DNA of 64,000 nucleotides from a virus: IMG/VR virus record IMGVR_UViG_3300023174_004273, positions 11,387 to 75,386 of that record; one strand, 5' to 3'. Shown piece by piece: positions 9,510 to 19,607 of this stretch (position 1 is its first letter; each line of letters starts with the position of its first letter). The notes under the pieces were generated by a model. It saw only the letters and a program-made list of their open reading frames with translations, ran no database searches and was not told where the DNA came from. The position numbers and the translations under genes were made by a program.

Positions 9510-10633
9510 TATAAACTCATTCCTGTAAATGTATTTGAATCGACATCCTGCTTGGTACCACCAACCACGTAGCTGGTGATTTCTGTTTCTTGAGGAGCTA
9601 CCTGTACGTCTCCGCCGGCAATCCACTTCTGTGTCCATGGCAGTGGGTTTGATCCACCACGATATTTATTAGGCAGACCCAGTGCAGTCATGCGTTTGTG
9701 TGCGATCCACTCTACATAATCACAGAGCAACTGTTTGTTGAGACCAATCATGCTTCCGTCTTTAAACAAATAATCAGCCCAGGCTTCTTCCTGTGCCACC
9801 GCTGATTCAAACATGGCAACAACTTCGGCTTCAGTTTCTTGTTTTATCTTGACAAAGTCCTTGTCGTCCTGTGGCAAGATTTTCAACAGGCTCTGGCTAA
9901 ATCCAAGATGTACGTTTTCATCTCTGGCAATGAGTTTGATGATCTTGGCATTGCCTTCCATCTTTTTAAGTTCAGCAAACGCCCAAGAGCAAGCAAACGA
10001 AACATAGAAGCGGATGCCTTCCAACACGTTTACAGAGTTTAGGCACAACCACAGTTTCTTTTTGAGTTCATAGGCAGAAACTTCAAACTTGGTGCCATTG
10101 CATTCGTGCCGGCCTTCGCCCAGCAGTTGGTACCATTGGCTGTAACGGATCAAGTCATCGTAGTATTTGGAGATGTCGTTGCCACACTGGATGATGTCAT
10201 CTACTTCCAACATCTCATCAAACACACGACCGGGATCAGAATACACATTACGAATAATGTGAGTGTATGAACGACTGTGGATGGTTTCTGAGAATGCCCA
10301 GGTCTCGATCCATGTCTCTAGTTCAGGTAGTGTGACGATGGGCAAGAATGCTAGGTTAGGTGATCGACCTTGCACTGAATCCAACAAGATTTGACGCTTG
10401 AGATTGGCAGTAAAGATATGTTGTTCAAAGGGAGTAAGGTCTTTGAAATCTTTGGCATCACGAAGCACATCTACTTCTTCGGGGCGCCAAAAGAAACCCA
10501 ACTGCTTGTCTGTGAGTTTGTCAAACTGACGATACTTTAGTGTATCATATCTTTGCATACCCAAGCTACCTTGGGGATCAATAAAGGCCAGGCTGGTGGT
10601 GTGGTCACGCTTTTTTAAATTCAATACGCTCAT
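9509..10633 (-). CDS. nrdB: ribonucleotide reductase class Ia beta subunit
   Basis: FFWRPEEVD, ETIHSRSY, EGIRFYVSF, RDENVH, VAPQETEITSY; start MSVLN. Confidence 0.97.
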   Translation of the reverse strand: MSVLNLKKRDHTTSLAFIDPQGSLGMQRYDTLKYRQFDKLTDKQLGFFWRPEEVDVLRDAKDFKDLTPFEQHIFTANLKRQILLDSVQGRSPNLAFLPIVTLPELETWIETWAFSETIHSRSYTHIIRNVYSDPGRVFDEMLEVDDIIQCGNDISKYYDDLIRYSQWYQLLGEGRHECNGTKFEVSAYELKKKLWLCLNSVNVLEGIRFYVSFACSWAFAELKKMEGNAKIIKLIARDENVHLGFSQSLLKILPQDDKDFVKIKQETEAEVVAMFESAVAQEEAWADYLFKDGSMIGLNKQLLCDYVEWIAHKRMTALGLPNKYRGGSNPLPWTQKWIAGGDVQVAPQETEITSYVVGGTKQDVDSNTFTGMSL

Positions 10634-10644
10634 TGTTTTCTCTT

Positions 10645-12960
10645 TTATATTTTGCAACTGTCGCAGTCAGCATCGTCTGCGATTATGGTAGTATCTATCG
10701 ACTCAATAATTATTTCTTTGGTGTTCATGCGGTCGACATCGATTTCACCAGACCCATCATAGGTATTAAAGTAATAAAGCTGTTTACCACCGTACTTGTA
10801 GAACATGATCATGTGCTTGAGCATCTCACTCATTGGTATTTTCTCATCTTCAAAGAACTGTGGATTATACGAGGTATTTACAGATATACCCTGGTCAATA
10901 TACTTCTGGAGAATGGCCATGATACGGAGATACCCTTCGGGACTTTTCTGATCCCATAGCAGTTCATACTTGTTCTTGAGCTTGCGATACTCGGGCACCA
11001 CTTGTCGTAGAACACCGTCTTTGCTTTGTTTGATAGTGACATAACTGCGGGGAGGTTCTACTCCGTTGGTTGAGTTTGAAATCTGTGCTGACGTTTCAGC
11101 GGGCATCAGGGCCATCAAAGTAGAGTTGCGTATTCCAGTTTGTTTTAACTGAGCACGTAGTCCGGCCCAGTCCACACAATCTTGATGGGGTACTAGCTCA
11201 TCTACTTCTTGTTTGTATGTGTCTACTGGCAGTATGCCGTCGCCGTACTTGGTTTCGTTTGACTTGGGACAAGCACCAAACTCTCGGGCTAGATCTGCTG
11301 ATGCTTTGATCAGGTAATACGACCAATGTTGTGCCCAACGGTCTACCACAGGCAAGGCCTTGGCATCGCTGTAGCTTAAATCATTCTTGGCCAACCAGTA
11401 AGCAAAGTTAATAATGCCCACGCCCAACGGTCTGCGAGCTTCGGTGGCTAACTGTGCGGCTATGATAGGATAGTTCTGATAGCTCAACAAGGCATCAAGC
11501 CCACGTACTGCTAGAGTACAGGCTTTTTCCATGTCTTCAGGATCACGGAACACACCCCAGTTGATGGCACTTAATGTGCAAAGAGCGATCTCGCCTTTGT
11601 CATCATGCACATCATTAAGTGGCTTGGTTGGCAGAGTGATCTCACAGCAGAGGTTGCTCATTTTAACAGGGGCCAAGTCTGGCTTGAATGAGCCGTGAGT
11701 GTTGGCATGATCAACGTTTTGTAGATAGATGCGACCAGTGTCCTTGCGTTCTTGCATGAATGCTGTAAAGAGATCAATGGCTTTGAGTTTCTTCTTACGG
11801 AGTTTGGTATTTCGTTCGGCTGTTTCATACAGTTCACGGAAACGATCTACATCAGTGAAGAATGCTTCATACATCTCAGGTACATCATGTGGGGAGAACA
11901 AGGTAATGTCGCCACCCGACAACAATCTTTCATACATGACTTTGTTGAACTGCACACCATAGTCCATGTGTCGCACACGATTGTCTTCGGTGCCTTTGTT
12001 GTTTTTCAACACCAACAAGTCTTCGACTTCATAGTGCCAGATTGGATAATAAAGAGTAGCGGCTCCATTGCGCACACCGCCTTGGCTACACGAGCGGGTA
12101 GCCGCTTGAAACATTTTATAAAAGGGAATAACACCTGTGTGATAAGCATCGCCATTGCGGATGGGACTACCCAGCGCACGGATACGTCCGGCACCAATGC
12201 CAATGCCGGCTTTTTGACTCACATATTTGACAATGCTGGATGATGTAGCATTGATCGAGTCGAGACTGTCGTCAGTTTCGATCAATACACAACTTGAAAA
12301 CTGTCGCATGGGTGTACGTACTCCAGCCATCACTGGTGTTGGTAAACTCACTTGGTGCTGACTGATAGCATCATAGTAATCACGCACCCACATCATGCGG
12401 CTGTCTTGAGGATAGTTCTGGAACAGCGTGGCCGCAATCAGCGCATAGGCCATCTGCGGTGTTTCAAAGATTTCTTTTGTGACGCGATTCTGCACAAGAT
12501 ACTTGCCACGGAACTGCTCCATGGCCGCATAGGTCAACTGCTCATCACGGTCGTGGCGTATGAATGAGTTAATACGCTCCCACTCTTCTGTGCTGTAGGC
12601 TTCCAACAGTTCAGCATCATAGAAGCCAGCGGCCACGTTCTTCTTGACCAAGTCGAGAACATGACAAGGTTGGAACTGACCGTACACTTGTTTTCTCAAG
12701 TGATATACGACCAATCGCCCTGCCACATATTGATAGTTAGGTGTTTCTTCTGTGATAAGATCTGCCGCAGACTTAATCAAGGTTTCCTGAATGTCTGCTG
12801 TTTTGATTCCGTTGTAAAACTGTATGTGTGATTTGATTTCTACTTGACTTGCTGAAACTCCTGTTATTCCTTCTGTGGCCCAAAATACGACCTTGTGGAG
12901 TTTTTCTAGATCCAGCGGCTCTCGACGTCCGTCTCTTTTTGTGATTTGTATCTGTGTCAT
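10645..12960 (-). CDS. nrdA: ribonucleotide reductase class Ia alpha subunit
   Basis: N-terminal ATP cone, QFSSCVL, SNLCCEI, MPAETS, C-terminal CDSC; uninterrupted. Confidence 0.98.
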   Translation of the reverse strand: MTQIQITKRDGRREPLDLEKLHKVVFWATEGITGVSASQVEIKSHIQFYNGIKTADIQETLIKSAADLITEETPNYQYVAGRLVVYHLRKQVYGQFQPCHVLDLVKKNVAAGFYDAELLEAYSTEEWERINSFIRHDRDEQLTYAAMEQFRGKYLVQNRVTKEIFETPQMAYALIAATLFQNYPQDSRMMWVRDYYDAISQHQVSLPTPVMAGVRTPMRQFSSCVLIETDDSLDSINATSSSIVKYVSQKAGIGIGAGRIRALGSPIRNGDAYHTGVIPFYKMFQAATRSCSQGGVRNGAATLYYPIWHYEVEDLLVLKNNKGTEDNRVRHMDYGVQFNKVMYERLLSGGDITLFSPHDVPEMYEAFFTDVDRFRELYETAERNTKLRKKKLKAIDLFTAFMQERKDTGRIYLQNVDHANTHGSFKPDLAPVKMSNLCCEITLPTKPLNDVHDDKGEIALCTLSAINWGVFRDPEDMEKACTLAVRGLDALLSYQNYPIIAAQLATEARRPLGVGIINFAYWLAKNDLSYSDAKALPVVDRWAQHWSYYLIKASADLAREFGACPKSNETKYGDGILPVDTYKQEVDELVPHQDCVDWAGLRAQLKQTGIRNSTLMALMPAETSAQISNSTNGVEPPRSYVTIKQSKDGVLRQVVPEYRKLKNKYELLWDQKSPEGYLRIMAILQKYIDQGISVNTSYNPQFFEDEKIPMSEMLKHMIMFYKYGGKQLYYFNTYDGSGEIDVDRMNTKEIIIESIDTTIIADDADCDSCKI

Positions 12961-12968
12961 TCGCTACC

Positions 12969-13400
12969 TCAGTTAATTTTTTTTGCTACTGCTTGTGAAT
13001 CTACGCTTCTCTTGATGCTTACTTGTTCCGATGTGATATTTAACAACTGCCCCGGGGCCCAATTCAGGATATATTTTCCCTCGTTCACTAGAACTAAATT
13101 ATCACCAGAACCACTGTTCTCAGCTATTTGTACGGCGGTTATGTCTGGTCTTGCGATCATCTGTATAGTATACACTATGCCCAGAGCTTTTGCAAGTCCA
13201 CAAAAATGATTATCGGCCAAAAGATCCCAGGGACCTGGCCAAGTATCCAAATCGTCCCAGTGCAAATAATAAGGTGTCCAAGGAGCCGTTTGCCACCAAT
13301 CATTGATGGCCAACAATGCATCTTCAAGCAGGTTGTTTTGGTTGGCTGTGCGTAGCTCGCGCCACTGAGCCAACCGTTCTTCATAACGGTCTGGCCACAC
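12969..13400 (-). CDS. transglutaminase-like (BTLCP-like) protein, probably degenerate
   Basis: W.GPWDLL..NHFC..AKALG resembles the BTLCP Cys region; the expected His and Asp positions read as Asn. Confidence 0.45.
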   Translation of the reverse strand: MWPDRYEERLAQWRELRTANQNNLLEDALLAINDWWQTAPWTPYYLHWDDLDTWPGPWDLLADNHFCGLAKALGIVYTIQMIARPDITAVQIAENSGSGDNLVLVNEGKYILNWAPGQLLNITSEQVSIKRSVDSQAVAKKIN

Positions 13401-13402
13401 AG

Positions 13403-15037
13403 TTATCCTAGATAGCTGATGGAATATTTAAGTGTGCCACCACTGGCAATGCCACCCAGTGTGTACTGGATGTTGATGTTGGTACCACTTTGTACCACAC
13501 TCAATACCAAATCAGTGGCATTGTTTTCAGTGTAGTCGTCTGTGTAGCTCAAGGTTCCTGCTGAATCGTCGCCGTCTTGGCAAACTACTTCCAGTGTTCC
13601 CCAACGATTGGTCAAGTTTAAATCATCTTTGAATCTGTATTGCATGGTAAATGCCTGTGCTTCTGTTGTTTTAATAGTTATGATAGTTGTTGGGGTACCT
13701 TCAAGATCTAGATAGACCTGCTCACCGGCATTTCTGGTGTATGTTCCAAACTTGTAGCGTTCGCCATTGTCGATGGCAAATACTTTTTTGTTATTGATCT
13801 TGATGCGAGGTTCGATGGCATTAAACACTTCGTCTCGTTCAAACATATCGCCCAGCGATACGTTGTTGTCTGTTTGAAAATCAATGATGGGTGCGGTAGG
13901 AGTCTGATTGCCGCCTTGGAAGTTGGTGGCAACATCTAAAAATATATTGTAACCAGTTTGATTCAAGCCCACAGAGTTGGTCGGCGATCCAACCACGATG
14001 CCTTCTTGCGCTACGTTATCAAACAAGTTGTGCAATACACGGAATCCCACAGGACCTGTGTCGCTGGGGTCAGTGTTTGTACCAATCAATATGCCTTGAT
14101 AAAGTGTATTGAGTTTAGAGTTTTGTACTGTGATACCTTGGATGTTCTCGTCGGCATTGAATGCATAGCTCATGCCAGTGAAATGGCAGGAATCAAATGT
14201 CACGGTGTTTGTGATATAGCTAACTGTGCTGGCAAAACGCACACAGGCGATGTCAGCTGTGGTCACCAGTCCTGGATTATTTTCGATGTAGCTTTGGCTA
14301 AAAGGTCCGTTGAAGCTGACATCTTGGAAACTGATTTGCTCGGCATCCTCGACCAAGAAGAGATCTACTTCTTCGTCGCTTTGGAAACCCATGTTGTAGA
14401 TTTCAACGTTCTGAGGAGGTGATGCACCGTTGTTGCCGATGTTGACACCAGTTTGTTGTAAGCTGTCTGCGGTGCGAGCCACGTAAGGACCAAAAGTTGA
14501 GTCTGTGGCTGCATTCAAGAATATAATGGAACTATCTCCACCTTCACCGTAGAGCTTGGCATAGGGTGGAATGTTGATAGAGTTTGTTACACGATACACG
14601 CCTGCTGGAAAAAACAAACTACGACGTACCTGTGGATTGTTTTCTCTGCAGAACATCTGATACAAAGCGCGATTGATAGCGTCTGTGTCATCGGTGTCAC
14701 CATCACCGGTGGCGCCAAAGTCTTTGACTGACGCTGTTTCATCCAGCACTGATTGTAAAGTACGTTTGACAGGGTCACCTGTGGTGGGGCCTGTTTGTAC
14801 TGTGTATCCGCCGGCTTCACCTTTGTAGGTGTAGAGTCCAGCGATGGCAAATATATCAGAATATTCGGTGAGTATTTCAGTGTTGCCAATGGCAGGAGCA
14901 CCTTCTTGTATGGTGCCGTTACCGATAAAGAGCCTGCGCTCGTCAATGACCCATCCAAACTCTGCACCCGCTAGTTGCGGTAAGTTTTCACTGAGTCCTT
15001 TGCGCTGGGTAATACGTGATATCTGAACTATTGCCAT
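13403..15037 (-). CDS. tail fibre/tailspike with pectate-lyase-like beta-helix
   Basis: N-terminal QRKG...LAGAEFGW..DERRLFIGNG attachment-type domain, then SVKDFGATGDGDTDDTDAINRAL and FFPAGVY. Confidence 0.8.
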   Translation of the reverse strand: MAIVQISRITQRKGLSENLPQLAGAEFGWVIDERRLFIGNGTIQEGAPAIGNTEILTEYSDIFAIAGLYTYKGEAGGYTVQTGPTTGDPVKRTLQSVLDETASVKDFGATGDGDTDDTDAINRALYQMFCRENNPQVRRSLFFPAGVYRVTNSINIPPYAKLYGEGGDSSIIFLNAATDSTFGPYVARTADSLQQTGVNIGNNGASPPQNVEIYNMGFQSDEEVDLFLVEDAEQISFQDVSFNGPFSQSYIENNPGLVTTADIACVRFASTVSYITNTVTFDSCHFTGMSYAFNADENIQGITVQNSKLNTLYQGILIGTNTDPSDTGPVGFRVLHNLFDNVAQEGIVVGSPTNSVGLNQTGYNIFLDVATNFQGGNQTPTAPIIDFQTDNNVSLGDMFERDEVFNAIEPRIKINNKKVFAIDNGERYKFGTYTRNAGEQVYLDLEGTPTTIITIKTTEAQAFTMQYRFKDDLNLTNRWGTLEVVCQDGDDSAGTLSYTDDYTENNATDLVLSVVQSGTNINIQYTLGGIASGGTLKYSISYLG

Positions 15038-15057
15038 TCTTGTCTCCGATCACGTAT

Positions 15058-15771
15058 TTAGCTGGTCAAGTAATAGAGCTCCAAACGCTTCCACCACTGC
15101 TGTTCCCAGTGGTCAAAATCTTGTTCTTTGAGCACAAATTCTTGGTATTGTGGTTCTGTGAGCACATTACCCTGAGAATCTAGCTCGGGTTTTACACACA
15201 TCAATACCACGCCCTTGCGGATTTTAGTTCCGTAGACTTCATTGTGCGCCAAAGCATAGGCCACGAGCTGTAGTTTGTAATCTTCGATCCATTCTTCGCG
15301 TTTGGGCTTGTTGGTTTGCTTGTAATCCAATATGGCTTCATCTGTGAGATGTATGCCCGCGCCGTCTGAGGTACCTGCATAGAGTTTGGGAAAATACAAA
15401 GGTATTTCTACACCCCAGAATTCTTGTACATTTTTCAAGCCCTTGTCTATGACCGTGCCTGCCATGGCGTGGCTGGCCCAACTATAAGGGTTGGATCCAC
15501 GTTCTTTGAGTTCGCCTGTTTTGACATAGTGTTCTAAGTAAGTGTGCATCCTGGTGCCGCGATTGGCGGCTTCTGTGGTAATGGCTTGCGCTTGTGCATG
15601 GCCAACACGTCGGCGCCACTCGTTAAGGGCACGTTTCTTTTCTTCGGGTTTGGTATGGTCCAGGATGGTAGTTACGCTGGGTAACTTTTTGCCATCGGGC
15701 GTGAGATATAATCGTTTACCATCTTCGCTGGTACGACTCAGCGGTTGATAATCATATTTTGGATTATACAC
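15058..15771 (-). CDS. PD-(D/E)XK exonuclease (Cas4-like/lambda-exo superfamily)
   Basis: LPSVTTIL, RGTRMH, YAGTSD, ILDYKQ, Y.LQLVAYA; likely GTG start overlapping the iscA end. Confidence 0.85.
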   Translation of the reverse strand: MYNPKYDYQPLSRTSEDGKRLYLTPDGKKLPSVTTILDHTKPEEKKRALNEWRRRVGHAQAQAITTEAANRGTRMHTYLEHYVKTGELKERGSNPYSWASHAMAGTVIDKGLKNVQEFWGVEIPLYFPKLYAGTSDGAGIHLTDEAILDYKQTNKPKREEWIEDYKLQLVAYALAHNEVYGTKIRKGVVLMCVKPELDSQGNVLTEPQYQEFVLKEQDFDHWEQQWWKRLELYYLTS

Positions 15772-16093
15772 GAAAACTTTCTCCGCATCCACAGCGGTCA
15801 CGTTCATTGGGGTTGATAAAGTCAAATCCTTCGTTGAGTCCGTTGCGAACCCAGTCCATGGTCATACCTTCAAGATAGGGTTTGTGTTTGGGATCTAAGT
15901 AAACACGCACACCATTGACATCATAGTGTGCTATACAATGTTCTCGTCCTTGCTCAACATCAACATATTCTAACACATAAGCAAGCCCAGAGCAACCAGT
16001 GGTTTTTACACCAACTTTGATGCCCAAGCCTCGTCCACGACGTGCTAGATTTTCTTTGATTTTGCAAGCGGCCAGGTCAGTGATATTGATCAT
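15764..16093 (-). CDS. iscA: Fe-S cluster assembly A-type carrier IscA
   Basis: TTGCSGLAY and CGCGESF. Confidence 0.95.
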   Translation of the reverse strand: MINITDLAACKIKENLARRGRGLGIKVGVKTTGCSGLAYVLEYVDVEQGREHCIAHYDVNGVRVYLDPKHKPYLEGMTMDWVRNGLNEGFDFINPNERDRCGCGESFRV

Positions 16094-17085
16094 TTTTGTT
16101 TAAAATACTCTTCAATCAATCTGCGATAGTTGTCTCGATTGTAATCTGCAATGGCATTTATTCCGTCTAGCATTTTGTGTCTAGTATCATTGTCCAAAGA
16201 TGCCAGGCGTTGCATTTCTTCTTTGATCATATCAAAACGTTTTTCTGCGTTTGGCTCGCTGTCATAGCTCTCATTGATCCAAGGATCAAACGTCTTGAAT
16301 CCCAGGCGCCTAAGTTCAACCAACTGTCCAGGTGTTCCTAACAAAATAAAAGGTTTGCCTGATATCAGACATTTTGCAGTTTTTTCCGTCCACCAACCAC
16401 ACTCATACACATTGGTTTCTAGCACCACTTCAATGTGATACAAAGGAAAAACATTGTGGTAGTCTGGTAAACAGTTAAAGCCATCCACTCGCCCGTTGTA
16501 GCCACCTTCCAGGGTGGCATTGATTTCCTGTCTTGAGCGTAACCAATCTAGTTCTTTAACAAACCATTTCTTGACTGATTCAAACTCATACTCGGCCCAT
16601 TCTAGCTTGGGTTGGAAAGCCACAACACTGTGTTGTGCCATCTCTGTTTCTAAAAAATACGCCATCAAAAATCTATGCGGAGTGAATCTTCCAAAGAATC
16701 CACCAAACAGTCTGGCGTTGGGATTTCTCACACATTTGTCAACTTCAACATCATACATCACTGCTGTTAAACTTGTGCTGGGTCTAGTGACCACCGTGGC
16801 CCAAGGCGTTTCAAACCTTGGCACATGATCATAGGTATCCAGTATCAATCTGTGCTGTGGCAATCTCATGGAAGTGGCCAAGTGCTCAAGCACACGGTCA
16901 AATGCTACCATCCTAAAAGGCTCTGTTTCGTGAGACATAAATCTCACTGTGCGAGTGCTGATCACATCACTGAGCTGATAGAGAGTTCTATACAGCTCTG
17001 GCAGATGATGCACATATCCGTCATGTTTGATATAATCTGTGAGTTGTACGACCACTTCGCTGTCAGTGACGTTTATACAATCCAT
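16090..17085 (-). CDS. TEKT-motif glycosyltransferase-like protein between iscU and iscA
   Basis: VVLET...TEKTAK...KPFI.LG...LRRLGFKTFDPWINESYD, resembling the GT10-like nucleotide-sugar-binding C-terminus. Confidence 0.6.
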   Translation of the reverse strand: MDCINVTDSEVVVQLTDYIKHDGYVHHLPELYRTLYQLSDVISTRTVRFMSHETEPFRMVAFDRVLEHLATSMRLPQHRLILDTYDHVPRFETPWATVVTRPSTSLTAVMYDVEVDKCVRNPNARLFGGFFGRFTPHRFLMAYFLETEMAQHSVVAFQPKLEWAEYEFESVKKWFVKELDWLRSRQEINATLEGGYNGRVDGFNCLPDYHNVFPLYHIEVVLETNVYECGWWTEKTAKCLISGKPFILLGTPGQLVELRRLGFKTFDPWINESYDSEPNAEKRFDMIKEEMQRLASLDNDTRHKMLDGINAIADYNRDNYRRLIEEYFKQK

Positions 17086-17469
17086 TTAGTCCTGATGTTT
17101 TTTTCTATAGTCTTCAATCGCGGCTTTTATTGCGTCTTCCGCAAGAATCGAACAATGGATTTTAACCGGCGGAAGAGAAAGTTCCTCTGCGATCGCAGAA
17201 TTCTTAATCGATCCTGCTTCGTCCAGCGTTTTACCCTTGACCCACTCGGTAACGAGTGAACTTGATGCAATCGCTGAACCGCATCCATAAGTTTTGAATT
17301 TTGCGTCTTCAATGATACCATTGTCGTTGACCTTGATCTGTAGTTTCATGACATCACCGCAAGCAGGAGCACCAACCATACCAGTGCCAACACTATTATC
17401 GTCTTTGCCAAAGGATCCAACGTTTCTCGGGTTTTCATAATGATCTATGACCTTATCGCTGTATGCCAT
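17086..17469 (-). CDS. iscU: Fe-S cluster scaffold IscU
   Basis: MAYSDKVIDHYENPRNVG, GAPACGDVM, YGCGSAIASSS, LPPVKIHCS. Confidence 0.98.
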   Translation of the reverse strand: MAYSDKVIDHYENPRNVGSFGKDDNSVGTGMVGAPACGDVMKLQIKVNDNGIIEDAKFKTYGCGSAIASSSLVTEWVKGKTLDEAGSIKNSAIAEELSLPPVKIHCSILAEDAIKAAIEDYRKKHQD

Positions 17470-17486
17470 AAGAACCTCCTTGCTTT

Positions 17487-17515
17487 ATTATACTTGATTA
17501 TTTACTAGATATCAA
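17487..17515 (-). promoter_or_regulatory. sigma70 promoter with nested late box for iscU
   Basis: TTGATA, 17 bp, TATAAT, with TAAATA (17504-17499) in the spacer; AAGGAGG SD follows. Confidence 0.7.
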
Positions 17516-17837
17516 TGGCACGTTTGGCCATTTGGTTCACGGTTTTACGAGCCTGATCCACGCTCATTTTCTGATCTCCGGCCTGTGGAGTCTTTGAGCC
17601 TTTCCAAATGATCTCGCCGTTTTGGATAGAGTCAATGACTCCATTGAGAGGTGGTTGCACACTCAATGTTTCCAGGCGTTCAGCCGTCAAGTTGATGCCA
17701 TTTTCATGAGCAAGATTCACGAAGGCATCAACGTTCATAGGTTTGATGGCATCAGTGTCCTGTGCTCGTTTAAGCAAAAACTGGCCTATGGCGGCCAGTT
17801 TGGTTGCATCTGGATCCCGGAATTCTCGGATCAACAT
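17505..17837 (-). CDS. hypothetical protein, possibly head-internal
   Basis: Starts MLIREF, resembling the capsid-targeting-type N-termini elsewhere in the window. Confidence 0.65.
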   Translation of the reverse strand: MLIREFRDPDATKLAAIGQFLLKRAQDTDAIKPMNVDAFVNLAHENGINLTAERLETLSVQPPLNGVIDSIQNGEIIWKGSKTPQAGDQKMSVDQARKTVNQMAKRAIDI

Positions 17838-17838
17838 G

Positions 17839-18876
17839 TTATCTACGCTCGCGGCCTAGAGCTTTGGCTGGTGGAAGTTCTTCATCAGCATCCAAATCTA
17901 GATTGGCATCAAGGCTTAGATCTGCGTCTTCTTCACCAGTGTCAGCACCGGGTACATCGCTTCCAGGAATGGGAGCGGCTCCTGCGGCACCAGCATCTTG
18001 TCCGGGTACCACTGGGGCTTGGCCTGTGAGTACACCTTGTGCGGTTTCCAGTTGGGTCTTGCTACCCTGGAGGCCCTGGATAAGACCTTGTAGTGCGGCT
18101 GTGACATCATTGTTAAACTGTTGTGCTTGATCCATGCCAACATCATTGCGGATTGAATCTACAAGAGCTGGTAGATCTTTGAACTGCATGGCTGACACTT
18201 GTTCGATCATTTTCTGTATCTGATCGACCATGTCTTGTGCGGCCAGTACGACCTGCGCCTGTTGCAAGTCGCTGGCTTCGCGCAGTTTCTTGCGACGACG
18301 TGCTTCTTGCATCTGACCAGGTGTGGTGGCAGCCTTGGCTGAAGCTGTTTTCAACATCTGCTGGAGTTTACCAGCCTGTGTTGGATCTTTCATGACATTG
18401 GCCATGCCAGTCATTTGCTGGGCCAATGCGGCCTTGCTGCCAGCGTCTAGTGTTTTGCCAGCCACTGTGCTTTGTATGGCCTTGGTCAACTTGGCAGCTT
18501 GCCCACCTTGACCTGTGCCTGTGGCAACTTTGGCCACGCCTTTGGCTAGATTGCCGTCCATTGCGGCTGCCGCGGCTTGTTGTGGATCTTGCTGTGCCAT
18601 GGCCATGCCTGGAGCGGCACCAGGTTGTGATTCTTTGACACGTCCCTCGAGAGCACGTTCCATCACGACCAGTTTGATATATGCAGGATTGCGCTCACTA
18701 CGATGAAAATCAGATGTTTCGCGATACTCACGAATCAACCCACGCACACGCTTGAGCATGGTTTGTGCCTGACTGTGTGTGATAGCATCAATGGCCAATG
18801 TCTGACCAAAGTGACTTTCAAATACTTTCAGACTTTGTTGTGTTTTGGTTTTTGATTCCAATTCTTGCAGTTTCAT
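17839..18876 (-). CDS. probable prohead core/scaffold-like protein
   Basis: Q/A-rich helical segments, acidic tail, several hydrophobic-x-E putative cleavage sites, upstream TAAATA. Confidence 0.55.
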   Translation of the reverse strand: MKLQELESKTKTQQSLKVFESHFGQTLAIDAITHSQAQTMLKRVRGLIREYRETSDFHRSERNPAYIKLVVMERALEGRVKESQPGAAPGMAMAQQDPQQAAAAAMDGNLAKGVAKVATGTGQGGQAAKLTKAIQSTVAGKTLDAGSKAALAQQMTGMANVMKDPTQAGKLQQMLKTASAKAATTPGQMQEARRRKKLREASDLQQAQVVLAAQDMVDQIQKMIEQVSAMQFKDLPALVDSIRNDVGMDQAQQFNNDVTAALQGLIQGLQGSKTQLETAQGVLTGQAPVVPGQDAGAAGAAPIPGSDVPGADTGEEDADLSLDANLDLDADEELPPAKALGRERR

Positions 18877-19303
18877 CTTTGAATCCTTTTTGTTGCCAGT
18901 ATTTAGCCAGATTTACACATTTATCCAACTGTTCTTGGGCGTATTTTAAACGAGCTAGACTTTCAGCCAGCCGGTCTGCAGTCACGAATTTCAGCAAAGA
19001 ATCCGTGCTGTTTGCCAGGGTATTGCGGTAATACATGATTTCATCAGATCTGCGTTCTATTTCATGATCCAGTGTTATCAATTCATTTGCCAAGCTATCT
19101 TTGCCGTACTTGTCTGCCACACACCAGCTCAATGCTACCTTGCTGGAACTGGGTTCTGCTGCCAAAGTGGCACCACGATAGACTTGATAACTGCGTTGAT
19201 TTTTTGTTATGGTATATTTGCCAAACGCTCGGATTTTGTCGTCCAAGCGCATGATAGCGTTGGAGTTGTTTATTAGATGGTCTCGAGCCAATCTTTCCAG
19301 CAT
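18818..19303 (-). CDS. hypothetical protein (start uncertain)
   Basis: 3' part of the 300-aa track ORF; its 5' extension overlaps other genes. Confidence 0.6.
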   Translation of the reverse strand: MLERLARDHLINNSNAIMRLDDKIRAFGKYTITKNQRSYQVYRGATLAAEPSSSKVALSWCVADKYGKDSLANELITLDHEIERRSDEIMYYRNTLANSTDSLLKFVTADRLAESLARLKYAQEQLDKCVNLAKYWQQKGFKDETARIGIKNQNTTKSESI

Positions 19304-19323
19304 GAGCTGGGCCTGGCGCTCGC

Positions 19324-19584
19324 TTATTTTAGTACGTAGTGTGTGAGGAACCACCCCACTATGCCGGACAGGAATACTATGATTCCGATTCCCCAGTTGA
19401 TCAGACGATCGGTGTTGCGTTGACTCATTACGTGTACCATGTCGTGTACTTCGCGAATCACTGAGTTTAGATTTATCACGGTCTGCTCCACTGCTTCCAG
19501 CTTTTCCTCCAGATACTTGTATCTCTGGGCGCACAGTTCCACGTGTGTTTCTAGACTTTTCTTTTCGATGTCCGTTGTTTCCAT
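19324..19584 (-). CDS. coiled-coil plus C-terminal TM protein (holin/XhlA-like topology)
   Basis: Heptad region, then LINWGIGIIVFLSGIVGWFL; upstream TAAATA. Confidence 0.55.
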   Translation of the reverse strand: METTDIEKKSLETHVELCAQRYKYLEEKLEAVEQTVINLNSVIREVHDMVHVMSQRNTDRLINWGIGIIVFLSGIVGWFLTHYVLK

Positions 19585-19607
19585 TGGGGTCTTTCCTGGT
19601 TGACTGT

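Noticed and set aside
9509-12960. Introns or inteins in nrdA/nrdB (also checked for terL, uvsX and the helicase)
   Set aside because: All are contiguous and of normal length.
15058-15771. Cas4-like nuclease as evidence of CRISPR-Cas
   Set aside because: No repeat-spacer array or other cas genes were seen; solo nucleases of this type are common in phages.
16091-17120. Target-site duplication around the gene between iscU and iscA
   Set aside because: Only about 9 identical bases (tcttcaatc; IEDY versus IEEY), which is too weak to separate from chance.
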